A DNA stretch of 60,628 nucleotides, filler included, from Porpidia crustulata (lineage: Eukaryota), in assembly GCA_964255105.1 (NCBI GenBank). It is 14 parts of 14 records of this genome, joined end to end, with 100 filler letters (N's around TTAATTAATTAA, not from the genome) between each part and the next. Parts side by side here need not be neighbours in the genome. Positions count along the whole stretch, not along the records: positions 47,766 to 51,986 come from CAXUWE010002123.1; positions 52,087 to 56,307 come from CAXUWE010002124.1; positions 56,408 to 60,628 come from CAXUWE010002125.1; 11 more parts are not named here. One strand, written 5' to 3'. Below are positions 47,941-60,603 of the stretch, one piece after another. The notes under the pieces are model-generated. The model saw only the letters and a program-made list of their open reading frames with translations. It was not told the origin of the DNA and searched no databases. A program made the position numbers and the translations under genes. The stretch's first letter is position 1; the number at the start of each line of letters is the position of its first letter.

Positions 47941-48535
47941 TGTTGCAGAGCTGCAGAGCTGTAAAGTTGATGTGATGTGGTAAATAAGAAGAATAAGAAA
48001 CGCGTTAGATGAATAGAACTTGTGTTAGATGAGTGTTTTAACATGAACTAAGAAACATGTAAGAAATGTGTAGAGAAAGATCGAAATAAAGATAATTGAA
48101 ACTGTGGGTGAATGTATAATTATAGTTAAGACGATGAACGACTAAGCTGAGTTTATTGTTATAACATTAACAGAAAATAAAATAAATAAATAAACGCAGT
48201 TGTCGCAGTTAATAGATGTGTTGCAGAGCTGTAGAACTTGTTACGACCAAACCTCCCCTACCTCCTTATAGGGCTCAGCGCACCAAGGGGTGAAGCTCGG
48301 ACCATGGCGCTTGGCCGGACCTAATTTCCGACCTTCCTAAATAGACCACCCACCGCCCTTTGTTTTCTTTCTTCTTTAGCTTTTAGATCTTTGTTTATTA
48401 ACCCCTAACTGACCAATCAAATCCACTTGATTAGGTCTACCGTTAGAAAGGGACCTTCGAAGCACGTTCCTAACAGAACTGTAGAGTTAATGTGATGTGA
48501 TGAATATGATGAATAAAAAGCGAGTTAGATGAATA
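47941..48535 (+). repeat. Diverged direct repeat (about 75 bp core) in an AT-rich tract; second copy interrupted by the solo LTR
   Basis: Copy 1 47941-48015 TGTTGCAGAGCTGCAGAGCTGTAAAGTTGATGTGATGTG...GTTAGATGAATA; copy 2 48219-48238 plus 48481-48535. Confidence 0.75.
48239..48475. mobile_element. Solo LTR, 237 bp, with 5-bp target-site duplication
   Basis: Termini TGTTA...TAACA, flanked on both sides by GAACT (48234-48238 and 48476-48480); no internal coding region. Confidence 0.88.
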
Positions 48536-48896
48536 TCTTCACTTGAGGAATGTGAAAGGAATGTGAATGAAGATTATTGAGTGACATTGTGTTTGAAATT
48601 GAGAATGGGAGTGAGATGGAAGGAATTGGGCTTTAAAAGCGTTATCTAGATACTTTAAATTGGTAAAAAAAGGGTTGAGTGTGGCGATACTTGAAACTGC
48701 GGAAACAACCAAGGCGGAGCGATTTAATTTTCAAACGCGTTGTCTGCTTTACGACATTTCTATTGTATTCGTTCTATCGAGTGGAAACGGTGATTGGTAT
48801 CTAATTGCCAAAGTGAATACCAATCTATTGGTGCCTAGCTGTCCTATTCCTCGCAACAGCACCCGACGTATGCACATTTCCTCCAACGTTGGACAC

Positions 48897-51596
48897 TCAA
48901 GACCAAGTCCCATTGGCAGGCCCAAAGTACCCACTATCAGGCAATGCCTTCCAGGGCAATCCATTGCCATCCGCAGTATTCAAGTAAACGGTATTTCCCC
49001 ACCAGTCCGGAAACTTGCCTCCGGGATACGAAATGCACAGGAAGATGATCAGCCCGGATAGCGCAAGCCCGGTGTCCAAGGCCGCAGCGAGGATGTAATT
49101 ATACTTGGTCCACCACGCGAAGAATTTCCGATAGAGAATATGGTTGAAAACGAAATTAACAAGGAACCAGGACGAATAGTTGATCCCAGTAGCCGGGGGC
49201 ACGTTGTACGTGCCGACGAAAATCAACGGCCAGTTGACTTTTCGCCAGAAATCGTTCTTGGTCCTTCTCCAGAGCAGCCAAGTGATGAGGGGCATGAGGG
49301 CGCCGATCCAGAAGAAGTGGAGCAGGCTCGAGTAGATCTTTCCGACTGAGTAGAGGCGGCCGGGGCCGATGGCGCCCCAGATGACGGAGGAGGAGAAGAC
49401 GGTGCGGCCGTTGGGGCAGGAGAAGCCGTCGTTTTGGGTGTGGGTGCAGATGTCGGTGATGTTTCCGAGCATCCAGGTGGTTACGCCGACTTGAGTTAGG
49501 GCGCCGAGGATCTATTTGGTCGTTGAGATTTGACTTGATAGTGGTATTGATGGAAAGGACATACCGTTGCGAAGCCCTGTGCAAAGAACAAGGACCTAGG
49601 AGCGATTTTGAGGTAATGTCCTAGTTTTAGATCTTGCGCAAAGTAGAGCTGTCCCATGGTCAGTATCCCATATATTCGTGATGGTATTACTTACCCCTTG
49701 ACCAACAACATCCTGCGATAGGATTTTGAATACCATGTTCGCCAACGGAGTACCGTGGAACATGTATCCCCCGATGAATTCGGCGAGAACGTTAATCTGA
49801 TTTGCGTTGACGTTGGTTATGCCCTCGATAATCCCACATGGTATCATGTAGACGGCAGGGATAACGAACGCGAGGAATACTCCATATACAGGTAGCTTCA
49901 CCTTGTATACTTCCACCATCACAATGGCAAGAATTAGAACAGTTACAGTGACGAACCCATACCAATACCATGGCGTACGCTTGTATTTGCGCATTAACCT
50001 GGCATGAATATCCAGTTTACCTCTCCCTTTGAATACATCACGTATATCCGTGCCATGAAACAGATATACATGGACTAGAACTGCAGTGATTGATGCGAAA
50101 GATAAACCATAGACGAATGCGAAAGACGCGCCAAGAAACGGGGGGGAATAGTTTGCGTATTCTTGAGCATTGAAAGTACCGTCCGTGTTCATGACTCGAG
50201 TGATGTTGTAAGAAGAGCCAGTATTGTCGTAGACGTCTGCTGTCATCAGAGGGAGGTAGGCGGTATACCAAGTATTGGAATACTAATCACATTTAAAGCG
50301 TCAACTTTCAAGGACTGTATGCGCTAGAAGACGCAAAGACCTGTCGCAAGATTTATAGAGTTGCAGAGTGGAAATATTGGCGGTCAGGGATACGCACGTA
50401 AATGCCCGGTACCACGATCCAAAAGAAGACAGCAAATCCACCAAAGACATTGAGCGCTTGGTCTGGTTAGCTGGGAAGCCTCAGAGGTCGAAATATCTCA
50501 CCTGCCCAGGACGGAGAGAGAAGGGGATTGGTGTTGTATGCAATCTGGCTCCAGTCAAAGGTGATCGGGCTGAGACCTAGTCCAGTGACCATCCCAAACA
50601 GATGGTTGACAGTAAGATTATTCGGTGCAATCCAGCAAACCCAGGTGAAGTAGCTCAGGCCAACCCAGATCAGCCCAGGGAAGAAGTACCACACAAATGC
50701 TCCAGCCATAACGTAGAGGAAGAATCGTAGCCTAGAGATTTTCCAACCGTTCGCCACCGCATTTGCGCGAGAATGGAGGGAACTGAGGAGTGCACAATTG
50801 GAGAGGACGCCTGGCCAGATGATACCTGCAGGTTCGACAAGCCAAGGCGAGGCCAAGCCCGCAACGCCGAAGCCCAGCAGCTGACAGCAGAGGACAACTA
50901 GGATGGAAAACCCCGGAAATAAGTGGAAGCCATAGAATTTGCCATAGGATTGAATGATCGCGGTGGAGTCCGCGCTTCCAAAGCCAAAGGATACGTTACT
51001 CATGATAGTGATGATGGCATGCTCCTTGATATTGAAGTGATGATCCGGGTTAATACACCATTTTCCGAGGATTCCGAGATTGAGATGGTAGACAGGCAAG
51101 ACATTCGCCATGAAGACTCCACATGGATAGGCAACGAGTTCGGCTACCAAAGACACGATTTTTACTGATGGATACCGCAATGAGAAGATTTGATTAACTC
51201 CAGAGCCAAGCTTTTAAGAATTAGCCATCTATCATCGGCATTAGACGTACTTGTTAAGAGCTTACCATTGTGAACACGATACCGAGGACCCACATACGAA
51301 GAGTATTGATTGGGATATCTGGGTCGTCGACACTGGGTACCACAGCACGCACTGATGCATATGGTCAGGATTTCACCATGGACAGGGACTATTGAGATAC
51401 AAAACATACCTTCAGGAAATGGCGATTGGTCGGATTCGAAGTCGAATTCCCCTTCTTCTTGCAAAACCGTGCCGACATCTACTTCCAATTCCTGTAGATG
51501 TTGCTCCCCTTTTCGATCATCCATTGAATCGCCGCTCACAACGTGACCGTCGCTTTTCTCCATATCCATCTGGCCTTTTCCTGATATCAGCGACAT
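48897..51596 (-). CDS. OPT-family oligopeptide transporter (Isp4/Opt type), multi-exon
   Basis: SPFPE | VRAVV...DDP.IPINTLRMW, FNIKEHAIITIMSN, WPGVL, FDWSQI, YDNTG..YN, DIHARLM, GHYLKIAPR, WGAIGP, WWTKYNYILAAALDTG, WWGN. Confidence 0.93.
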
Positions 51597-52142
51597 GACG
51601 GAGAGCCGATGGTGCAGCACTGTAGGTACAAGGTGAGGGGTATGCCATTTTTCATCGAGTAGCCAGACACTGATGATATTCTCCAATCAATCACCACTTG
51701 CTTATCGTTACAAGGTTGATTCACTTCAGCCACAATAGAAATTCGTCTCTTACTCGATCCGGCAGGCCGCTTAGGCTAGAGATTCACGCTGAGATAAGAA
51801 GCAAACCAGAAGAGCAGATAAGAAATCCCTATAGACTTGATAAGTGTGGCTGTGCGAGAGTCGAGTGTAGAAAGATGGTGGTAAGTAGCTTCACATGGTG
51901 CAGTTGCCAGCCCTAGAATTTTAGTGGAAGATGCTTTCATTTAGCCCGCGGGCCTGTGCGGGCTGAAGGCGGGAAGGGCGGGGAGGNNNNNNNNNNNNNN
52001 NNNNNNNNNNNNNNNNNNNNNNNNNNNNNNTTAATTAATTAANNNNNNNNNNNNNNNNNNNNNNNNNNNNNNNNNNNNNNNNNNNNCCTTGATCCGGTGG
52101 GCTGCTGGGGATGTTGGGGAAGGTCTGATCGTAACACTTTGA

Positions 52143-53447
52143 AACAAAAAAACACTTGGTTCAAGTCAAGATGGCTCCCGAGAGTTCATATCTCTATTGG
52201 CAACAATATCTGCAGATGAAAGTGCTCTATCACCGGCTTTGATCTATCAAGGAGACTCATATGATCTACAAGATACCTGGCTTGAAGATTATGACTGTTC
52301 ATCTGATGAAGGTTACTTTACTGTATCAAAAAAGGGCTGGACCAACAAAGAGCTAGGACTTTCCTGGCTTACAAAGCTTTTTGAATCAATCACACGCAAG
52401 AAAGCTGGCAATGCTAGACGTTTATTGATTGTGGATGGTCATTCAAGCCATGTGAACATGAGGTTCATTGAATTCTGTGATGTTCATGGAATTATTCTAG
52501 TTATCTTGCCTCCGCATTCTACGCATCGCTTGCAACCCCTATACGTTGGTATTTTCTCTCCGCTCTCTACAGCCTATTCAACTGAAATAGATCATTTGAT
52601 TCAGTCAAGCAAAGGCTTCTCTCGGGTTACAAAGCGTGGCTTTTGGACTATGTTTCGTGCGGCGTGGAAAACAGCTTTAAGCTTTGAAAACATACGCTCT
52701 GCTTTCGCTTCTGCTGCGATTTACCCTCTAGGACCAGAAAAGGTGCTTAGCCAGCTCGAACAAAAGACTCTGTCATCCACTCCTAGCGATACCGAAGCTA
52801 AGAGACCCACTTCAAGCTCTGTACGAGACCTGCGTAGAGCAGTAAAAGCAGCTAGAACTAAAACTACCGACATGACTGCAGAGCTGAAGCTAATCATTCG
52901 AGCCAGCGAGAAACTGGCCGTACAAGCTGAAATACTTGAATATGAGAATGTAGAACTTTGTACAGCATTAGTGAATGAAAAGAAACGTCGAAAAAAAGGG
53001 AAACATATGGGTTTATTCACGAAGAATGAGCCTGGGCAAGCTATGTTCTTTTCTCCAGTCAAAATCACTGCAGTTCGAGCTCATCATGAAGAGCTTGAAG
53101 CTCAAAAGGAACAGGAGAAGCTTGACAAAGAAGTAGAACGTCAGAAGTAAGCTGTTAAAAAGAAGCGCAAAGCTCAAGAGATTCAAGAACGACGTGCAAC
53201 TAGGCAAAGACTTCAAGCTGAAAAACTGCAGCCAAAAGAGCATGAAAAAGAGACTCGTATGATATAAAAGCAGCTAAATCAAGAGTTTAATTCAAAAGAG
53301 CAATCACACAAGGATCAGAACAAGCAGTCTGAGTTAGTTAGAAAGCGAAAAGTGGAGGATGCGCCTCCAATAGAGCCCCCAGAGCCAAAAACGAGGATAG
53401 CGCGTAATGGACGTACCATAGCACTTCCCATTAGATTTAAGGACTAG
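52143..53447 (+). pseudogene. pogo/Fot1-family DDE transposase, inactive, 5' part missing
   Basis: QDGSREF, KGWTN, LLIVDGHSSH, LPPHSTHRLQPLYVG (third catalytic D replaced by Y at 52542-52544), in-frame TAA at 53148-53150 and 53265-53267, C-terminal RNGRTIALPIRFKD*. Confidence 0.9.
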
Positions 53448-53561
53448 ATGATGACTCCATCGTGTTCGCACAATACTATTTAGTATTAGACTTAATTTCT
53501 ATAGCTCTATCTTCGTTGTTCGTAGAACAAATTAATCATATAAACGTGGTGATCGTTTTTG

Positions 53562-53624
53562 GTGGGGAGTGCATTTGCTGTCGGAGTGCAACTAGTGTCG
53601 GATTACATTAGTGTCGGATTACGT
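53562..53624 (+). mobile_element. 3' terminal inverted repeat of the pogo/Fot1 element
   Basis: Internal direct repeats GGAGTGCA and TGTCGGA, ending GATTACGT followed by TA (53625-53626), about 180 bp after the transposase stop. Partner TIR is not in the contig. Confidence 0.7.
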
Positions 53625-54305
53625 TAACCAGTTAGAACGCTTCGACGTAACGGGAAAGTGGAGTTTGCTGGCGATAAATCGTTCCCTAACCATGCAGTTG
53701 AAGAATTATCATATACCCTATCCCTACAGGCACTCTCGGCTCGGAATACCGTTAGACCAGGCCTTATTATCACCTATAAGGTATCCAAGAGTCGACCCCT
53801 ACGCCTGTGAGATTCTGGGGGGAGCGTTAGGGGCGGGGTGTATCAAGTCGTTACTAGTAGGCGAGCTTCGACCTTCGCATATTTCACGTCTTTCGTACTT
53901 CCAGCTTGACGAGTCGATTTTGTGGTTGATATAAATGCATATAGATAGGCAACTGTTTTGGAGAATCACACCTCTGCATTGAATGGCGTGAATGGTCAGT
54001 CAATCTCTGGAAATGCTCGGCCAAGTAGCATGATAAAGTTGCGAAGCACCTCCCAAACATGACCAACGAGAAAGAAATCTTCCTCTACGAAGACGATGTA
54101 CGTGGGAGCAAGCTATGTAAATACCTCTCCTCCCATCGCACAACATGTCACTGTCTTGAGTCGAGAGCAATTGAGGCATGTTGAACGCTACTTCCTTTTC
54201 CACCATCAATTCCCACGTTCCGAATCCCCTCATTATCATTACCACAACCACGATGCACCAACATTCGCTGATGGCTCTGTAATATAAAAATTTGATTTCA
54301 CTAGT

Positions 54306-56207
54306 ATGCGTAATGTTCCCGTTGCTGCCTGTGTCATTCTCGTTTCTATTGCCGTCTCGGCCGTCCTTTTCGTATTCGAGGTTACCATGTTCAGCAAAGC
54401 GTACATCCTCTCTTTTTGGGGATGTTGCTCTGCACCAGCCAATACTCGAAGCATCACAAATATTGCGACGAATGTAGATCTTCGATGGCATGCCCCCAAA
54501 GCATCTCAAATAAACGATCTTGGGAATGTGATCAATGGAACAGGCGTTTACGGGTTTGCATTTAACGGATCGTATTTGGCTCCCGGGAACACATACTATG
54601 GAGGTTACAATTGGTAAAATCTCTGTCTCCTATCAAAGCCAAAGCTGAGTCGACTGACCTGCCAAAGGTGTAATATGCCGCATGTTGATATCAGGACATA
54701 CCATCGAGCTCCTAGGGAGTACGAGCTGGAGTATGTCGAGGTGGTAAGTGGCGTTTTCTTAGTTTCACAAGCTTTTGAAGAGTTTACGATAGTATTGGTT
54801 CTTTACCTCAGAATATGGATTGAAGTATCATCTTGTTTCCTACATGTGAGTCAGCCCAACGTCGTTGGTGCAGTCGACGATGCGGCTGTGTCCATACCAC
54901 GGATTTCCATGCCCAAAGTCCTTCACAACTCAGTACTCTTACTCTTAACCAACATATCAATGGACACTTGATCGAGTTTCTTCTTCCTCCGTTCTACTGG
55001 TCTGGAGAAATTAACAGTGTCAGACACTTAATTACACAATCTCACTCTTAGCTACACTATATAGATTCACAGGCACCACAAGAGAACGCCCTATGCCTCG
55101 AATACCTTCCCCAAGGAATCTTACTCGTGGGATTGCGGTGACCAAGGTCTCTTCTACTACGGCTCCCCTCTCAACCCAACAGGAAACTCATCTTCCAGGA
55201 CCTACTGGAGCGTCTACTCCTCTCCCAGTAATCCATTTGCCCCGCTCGGCTTCAACGGAACCTGCCAATTCCCCCAAATCACTCGTGGCGGCCTCGATGA
55301 CAGTCACCAGCACGGTGCCGATCTCTACGCTGTCTACCACTCACTCCTCAACTTTATCCCCAGCGAAATCGAGTCCACGGTCACTTACCGCGTTACCAAT
55401 AATGTCATCACATCACAGGTTGCCTCCATGGTCCTTTCAGCCATGTATGACCCCTCCGATCCGTTCCCGCTCAAGATCCAACCCGCGTTCATTGACAGCC
55501 TCGAACCCAGCTACACTTGCCCTGCCGCCAGCTCCCTTTTCAGCACCTACGGCGTCGACAGCACTAACCCCAATTGGACCGCCCACCTCATCGCCTCCGC
55601 ACCCTTGTTCCAGAAACTCGACGCAGTATCCGGTATCTCTCCCTCCGACACCAGCTGGCATCAATCTCTCGACCATTACTTCGACAACCTCTCCTCCCGT
55701 CTCTGCCACTCCAAACCTCTCCCCTGCAACATCACCAATCCCTCACTTTGCGTGACGCAAGAAATGGCCAATCAAGTATTTCGACTCGGCGAATACGAGT
55801 ACAGCCACATCTACCGCGACGCCTCCCAATCTCTTACTGCCTCGACCGCCAGCTTCGGTGTCTGGATGGCTGAACTAGCTCAGCACATTCGCGATAGGAT
55901 ATCTGGAGCTAGCCCGGTTCTGTATCGGCATAACGTCGCTCATGACGGGAGTGTGTCGCGGTTGCTGAGCATACTGCAGGTAAATGAGATGGTCTGGCCG
56001 GGTATGGGTAGCGAGGTTGTGTTTGAGGTTTTCAGGAAAAAGAAAGAGAGGTTCGTAAGGGTCTTGTGGGGAGGAGAGGTGCTCAGGAGTTCCAACCCGG
56101 GTTTGGGAGTGCTAGATCTGGTGCCTCTAGACTCGGTGTTGGGGTATTTCGACGGGCTGGCTGGGGTTGGGGGAAATCTGGTACCGGGATTATGCAAAGG
56201 AAAGTGA
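54306..56207 (+). CDS. Histidine acid phosphatase (phytase-like), secreted or membrane-anchored, 3 exons
   Basis: Hydrophobic N-terminus, YNW | CNMPHV...YELEYVEV | IHRHHKRTPY (RHxxRxP), GTCQFPQIT.GGL.DS.QHG, NVAHDGS (HD motif), WPGMGSEVVFE; long second intron about 54744-55063. Confidence 0.9.
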
Positions 56208-57995
56208 AGTCTGACATTATCCTCTTTACCTTGTTCGAACCAAGCTCAAACCTTGCTGGATGACAAAAGACGCATCTATGGTTAAGTTCACGCAACCCAT
56301 ATTGAACNNNNNNNNNNNNNNNNNNNNNNNNNNNNNNNNNNNNNNNNNNNNTTAATTAATTAANNNNNNNNNNNNNNNNNNNNNNNNNNNNNNNNNNNNN
56401 NNNNNNNCTCTCGCTCCTCCCCCTAAAGCAGCCCTAATCCCCTTGCTCTCTCTCAGAACAGCAAATTTTCAACTCCGAGACTAGGGTTCAAATGATATAT
56501 ATCTCATTTATACCCTAAACTCAAGATCTGGAATGACCGTTTCCATTCGGAAAAGGGAGCAGGACCGCTTTGGAGTGAGCACCGAGGGAGTAAGGGGTAG
56601 CGCTGGCAGAATATGAAAGAGCGGAGGGAAAGCAAAGGGGCAATGCGGGTGGCCAACCAACGGAATGGTGTGAAATATCAACTTCTAAGCCCGATTATAA
56701 TTGCTTTTCGTACCGCACCTTGGGACACATACTCGTTTCAACCCCTCAAAGGAACAACTAGGTCCAAACTAGTGAAATTAGCCCTAACCCTGGGCCTGCT
56801 ATTTCTTTGAGGAGTGTGTTTCGTTGAAAGATTAAAATAAGTAGAAGTGAGACTATGAGCATTTTTCCACATTTAATGCATCAAATATCTGCGAATAAAT
56901 AACTACATATATCGTATATTTCGAGTTCTAATAAGAGTCTTTCTGCAATGTGTTCATCTGTGCTATTTGAGTGCTTCATCTGAAGCTAGAAGTGAAGGAT
57001 TGCGTTGTCGCAGTTGTAGCCAACAACAGCTGAGTTGGGCCTGAAACAAGGCAAACGGTGCTGATCATCATGATGCCAGCTCTTGTCCTGCAGCAACTGC
57101 GGAATCGTTGCAAAGCGATGCCATAGAAATGCATTGGACACTACAGGAAACTATGGAGAAGCTAGTATACATGGTTATTGACGTTCCGTACATATTCATC
57201 TCCGGATCACTGTGTGACAGACACTCACACTGCCTATTCAGCTCAACCGCATCTCCAGCTCAAGAGCTTACTCCTCACGTTGGGATCCCCTGTGCAGTCG
57301 GCCATTCCGAACTTCATGTGAGCATCTGTTCAGATCTTCCCGTTGTATTTGAGGAGCTCTGGTGGGACCAACAGTCGGACAGAGTAAACCATTCCCATCT
57401 TATGATCTTCCTGATGCGGAAAATGCAATATTAGTTTTCTCTCTGTTGTTTGGACCATTTCGGTATCGAGTGGCCGTAAAAGAGTTCCTTCGCGATTCAG
57501 CCGAAAGAAGAGATTGAAGGACGCATACCTAAGCTTCAAGCCATGTACAACCACTTCACTTTGTTTCTCCAGATATGAAACGACTCGAAACACCAAAGAC
57601 ATGGTCCTCATCCACTGCCAATGTAGTGATGCGGAGTGTTGTTTAGAAAATTATTGATCAAATTTTACGATGCAATTTCCATGGCTGATGTATGGATTTG
57701 CCTGATTCTTGTGATAGTTGTTCCTCATTCGCCTCGTATCTACATTCAGTACCACTGTCCTCATAATTCCGAATTTTCTGGAGACTATGCAAGTTTCAGT
57801 CTTCCTTATGATCGAGTCAATACCGCCGCTCTGTAGTGGCGCTGTATGAGAACATTTTCTCTTACTTATTACAAGAACAGCCAGGACAAATCCTCAAACT
57901 CGATATCTACGGGTATACATTACTCAAGCTGAATGTTTTTGGTTTTAAGTCCATTGCTACCTTCAGACACAGCTTAGCCCCTGAATAACGCTGCC

Positions 57996-60603
57996 ATGTG
58001 TAGTAGCGGTATTGTTGATCATTCATGTTTTCCCTTTGTAATACTTTCGGTACTCAGCATTTTCTTTAATCTATCGTTCTCCGAAGCTAAGTACTCGAAC
58101 ACCACATTCGGTCAGCATCTTCCACAACATCATAACTCCAAACACAATCTCGCATTGGTGGATCATACTAACTCAAAACCTACGTCAAGACTATAAAACG
58201 ACGTGCAATCCATGTTCACCTACCAGTTTCTATTATCCTTCGTTCATTAGACCTCCCGAAATCACGAACACAGAGTGTAACTTATGGGGTCCTTTATGCC
58301 AAACTGGCTCTATCGTCGTCGAAGTCAACATGACAAAGTCCATAACCCCAACGACGGTGGCTTGTTCTTACTACTTGTCAGCTCAAGCAGAATCTGCAGC
58401 TTTCAACACCAATTTGGACAATTCTGCCTCCTATCAGCTGAGTTTCGGACGTAGTCCAGAATGTACGTCTTACGCCAAAGCTCGAGACGATCCGAGCGGT
58501 GCGTGGGGCAAATTAATATATTCAAATTGCGGCAATAACGCTTCAGGCACGTTGCTACCGCCAGTGAATTACACTCCTATCGGGCTGGCTGGTCTTGGGG
58601 TACAACAATTAGGCCATCCATATATCGCGATGCAATCCCACTTTTGGACGCAGAGTCATGCTGTGGGTTCTGTCAATTTCAGCTCAATGCAATTCGCCTA
58701 ATCTATTTTCCTACAACGTCCCAGATCAATTGCACTCAGGGTCTCAATACCACTGCGGAACCGCGCAATCTGTTATCGGGCGCCAGTGGGTTTGTGAAGC
58801 GTGCGCACTCGCTTGGAGCAAAGGCATCGGGGGTTGCTATCAGCAATGGGTATACCTTGTGAGTAGCACCTTTTTCTTGGTACTTTCTCGACTTTAAGGC
58901 TTTCCGGCTTACCGCCAAACTACAGTACCTCCGGATCTGTTTATCTAGAAATTCTTGGGACTGCAAACGTTATCGACCATTGTGGGACGATTGATCGGGT
59001 CGCTACAGATACGGTAGTAGCGCTACCAGCAGACGGAATCTCAACCTTGTCTTTTGACATCCCAATTGGATCGACCATTCTAGCAATGGCAGAGAGCGGC
59101 GGTCCCCAGATATTACCCCAATCTTTCAAGTCGTATACAAAATCTCTCAATACCAGAGATTTAGCATGTCCGACATGGGGGATTGCCAGTGTCTCCTATA
59201 CCATCAGTACTATACTATTCAACGACAAAGTTGCACATTCCCATGCTTATATCGGGAACGTCACACAGAGCATTGTGGGGCCTCCTTTCCATCCGATTAT
59301 TCTTCCACCAAAGGAGCTCCTATCTTTGGATCCTGCGTGGGCGCGGTGTTCAGATTTCGAATTTGTATATAACTTGTTTGATCCTCCCAGAGCATTGTCT
59401 GCGGTTCCAGCCGTGTCATCAGCGGTCACTTTAAACAGCCCGACGTCCGAGTTAAGCCTTGTGACAACATCGACAGCTAGACCTGGTGATACGATATCGC
59501 CAAATCTGCCAATCAATACCGCTAAATCTGATACAGCTCATCCAGAAGGCTTGTCCTCCTCGACTCTAATAGCTCACAGTGACCAGAAACCTTCCGCTGA
59601 CTTTGAAAATACTTCCCCTTCGATAAAGTCACCACCTAGTATGTCTGCTACACATTCACTGCAAGATCCTGAGTCGGGAATTACAGCCTTAAGGCCCTCA
59701 ACTACTTCAAACCACTTATTCACAGCATCCATTGGAAGAGCTGGGAATGATCTTGGAAGCTCTCAAGAGATTGGGAGTCTCATACATAGTGTATTTGGTG
59801 AACACGCATCATCTAAAGACGTATCGTCATGGACCGAACAGCCTTCGAAGGTCATATCTACTAGTATTACTCCCAAGCCTGACTCCTCTACTCGACCTCC
59901 TGTATTGACGACTGATCCGAAGACACTCAGCCCAGAGAGTGATCCGTCAAGGCCTGATACCATAGCATTCAGGCCTGGTGGGCCCGGGGCCGATCTTTTA
60001 GGAACACTATCTTTCACTGATGGCGGAAAGACAACTACCGTCGACTCTACCGCATTCATAGCAGCTGGCAGTACTATGTTAGCAGGTGGATCTGGCGCGA
60101 CAGTGCCTGTGCTATCAATCAGTCGTGGGACTTCTGGTGTGTTCGTGGTGAGTAGCAGCTCAATTGATGCAGCCAGCGTCATCAACGCTCCAGCAATTTC
60201 GCCCTCCGCAATCAGTGGTGTGGCATTTGTCCCCGACTCTTCGGGCTCCTCAGTGGTTGCTACAATGGTAATATCCGGCGGCTCTGCTATTACTGTCTCC
60301 GGAAAACCCATCAGCTTTGGACCATCTGGTAGACTAGTGACTGATAGCAGTACAACTGTACTTCCATCCGTCTATCAACCCGTTAGAGATTCGTTCTCCT
60401 TGCCTATAGTCAGCGAAACAACCCTCGCTTTTGAACCTTCAGGACCCTCACTTACTGGCACAAATGTAATATCTGACGGCTCCGCCATCATGATATCTGG
60501 GCCGTCGGTTAGCCTTGGATTACCTGGCAGTAGCATGTCCGTACTGACTTCCGTCGACCAACCTTCCCTTGCATCTGTTGGCGAATCAGGTGGCAGCAAT
60601 TAG
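57996..60603 (+). CDS. Secreted Cys-rich plus S/T/G-rich repeat (mucin/adhesin-like) protein, 3 exons, apparent frameshift near 58600
   Basis: Signal peptide; phase-compatible introns 58111-58189 and 58860-58925; CNLWGPLCQTG, FGRSPECTSY, CCGFC...IRLIYFP, TSGSVYL, DLACPTWG, LLSLDPAWARC, LFDPPRAL, then ~40-aa G/S/I-rich repeats. Confidence 0.7.

Noticed and set aside
51940..51967. GC-rich hairpin AGCCCGC...GCGGGCT near a contig end (Helitron end or terminator)
   Set aside because: No CTRR at the expected distance and no other element features; intrinsic terminators are not expected in a fungal nucleus.
46141..56207. Apparent nutrient-scavenging cluster (nucleoside permease, OPT, acid phosphatase)
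   Set aside because: The genes are on three different contigs placed together only by length sorting.
57330..57611. 93-aa minus-strand ORF
   Set aside because: Non-ATG start, no family motif and flanked by stops; at most an unrecognisable relic.
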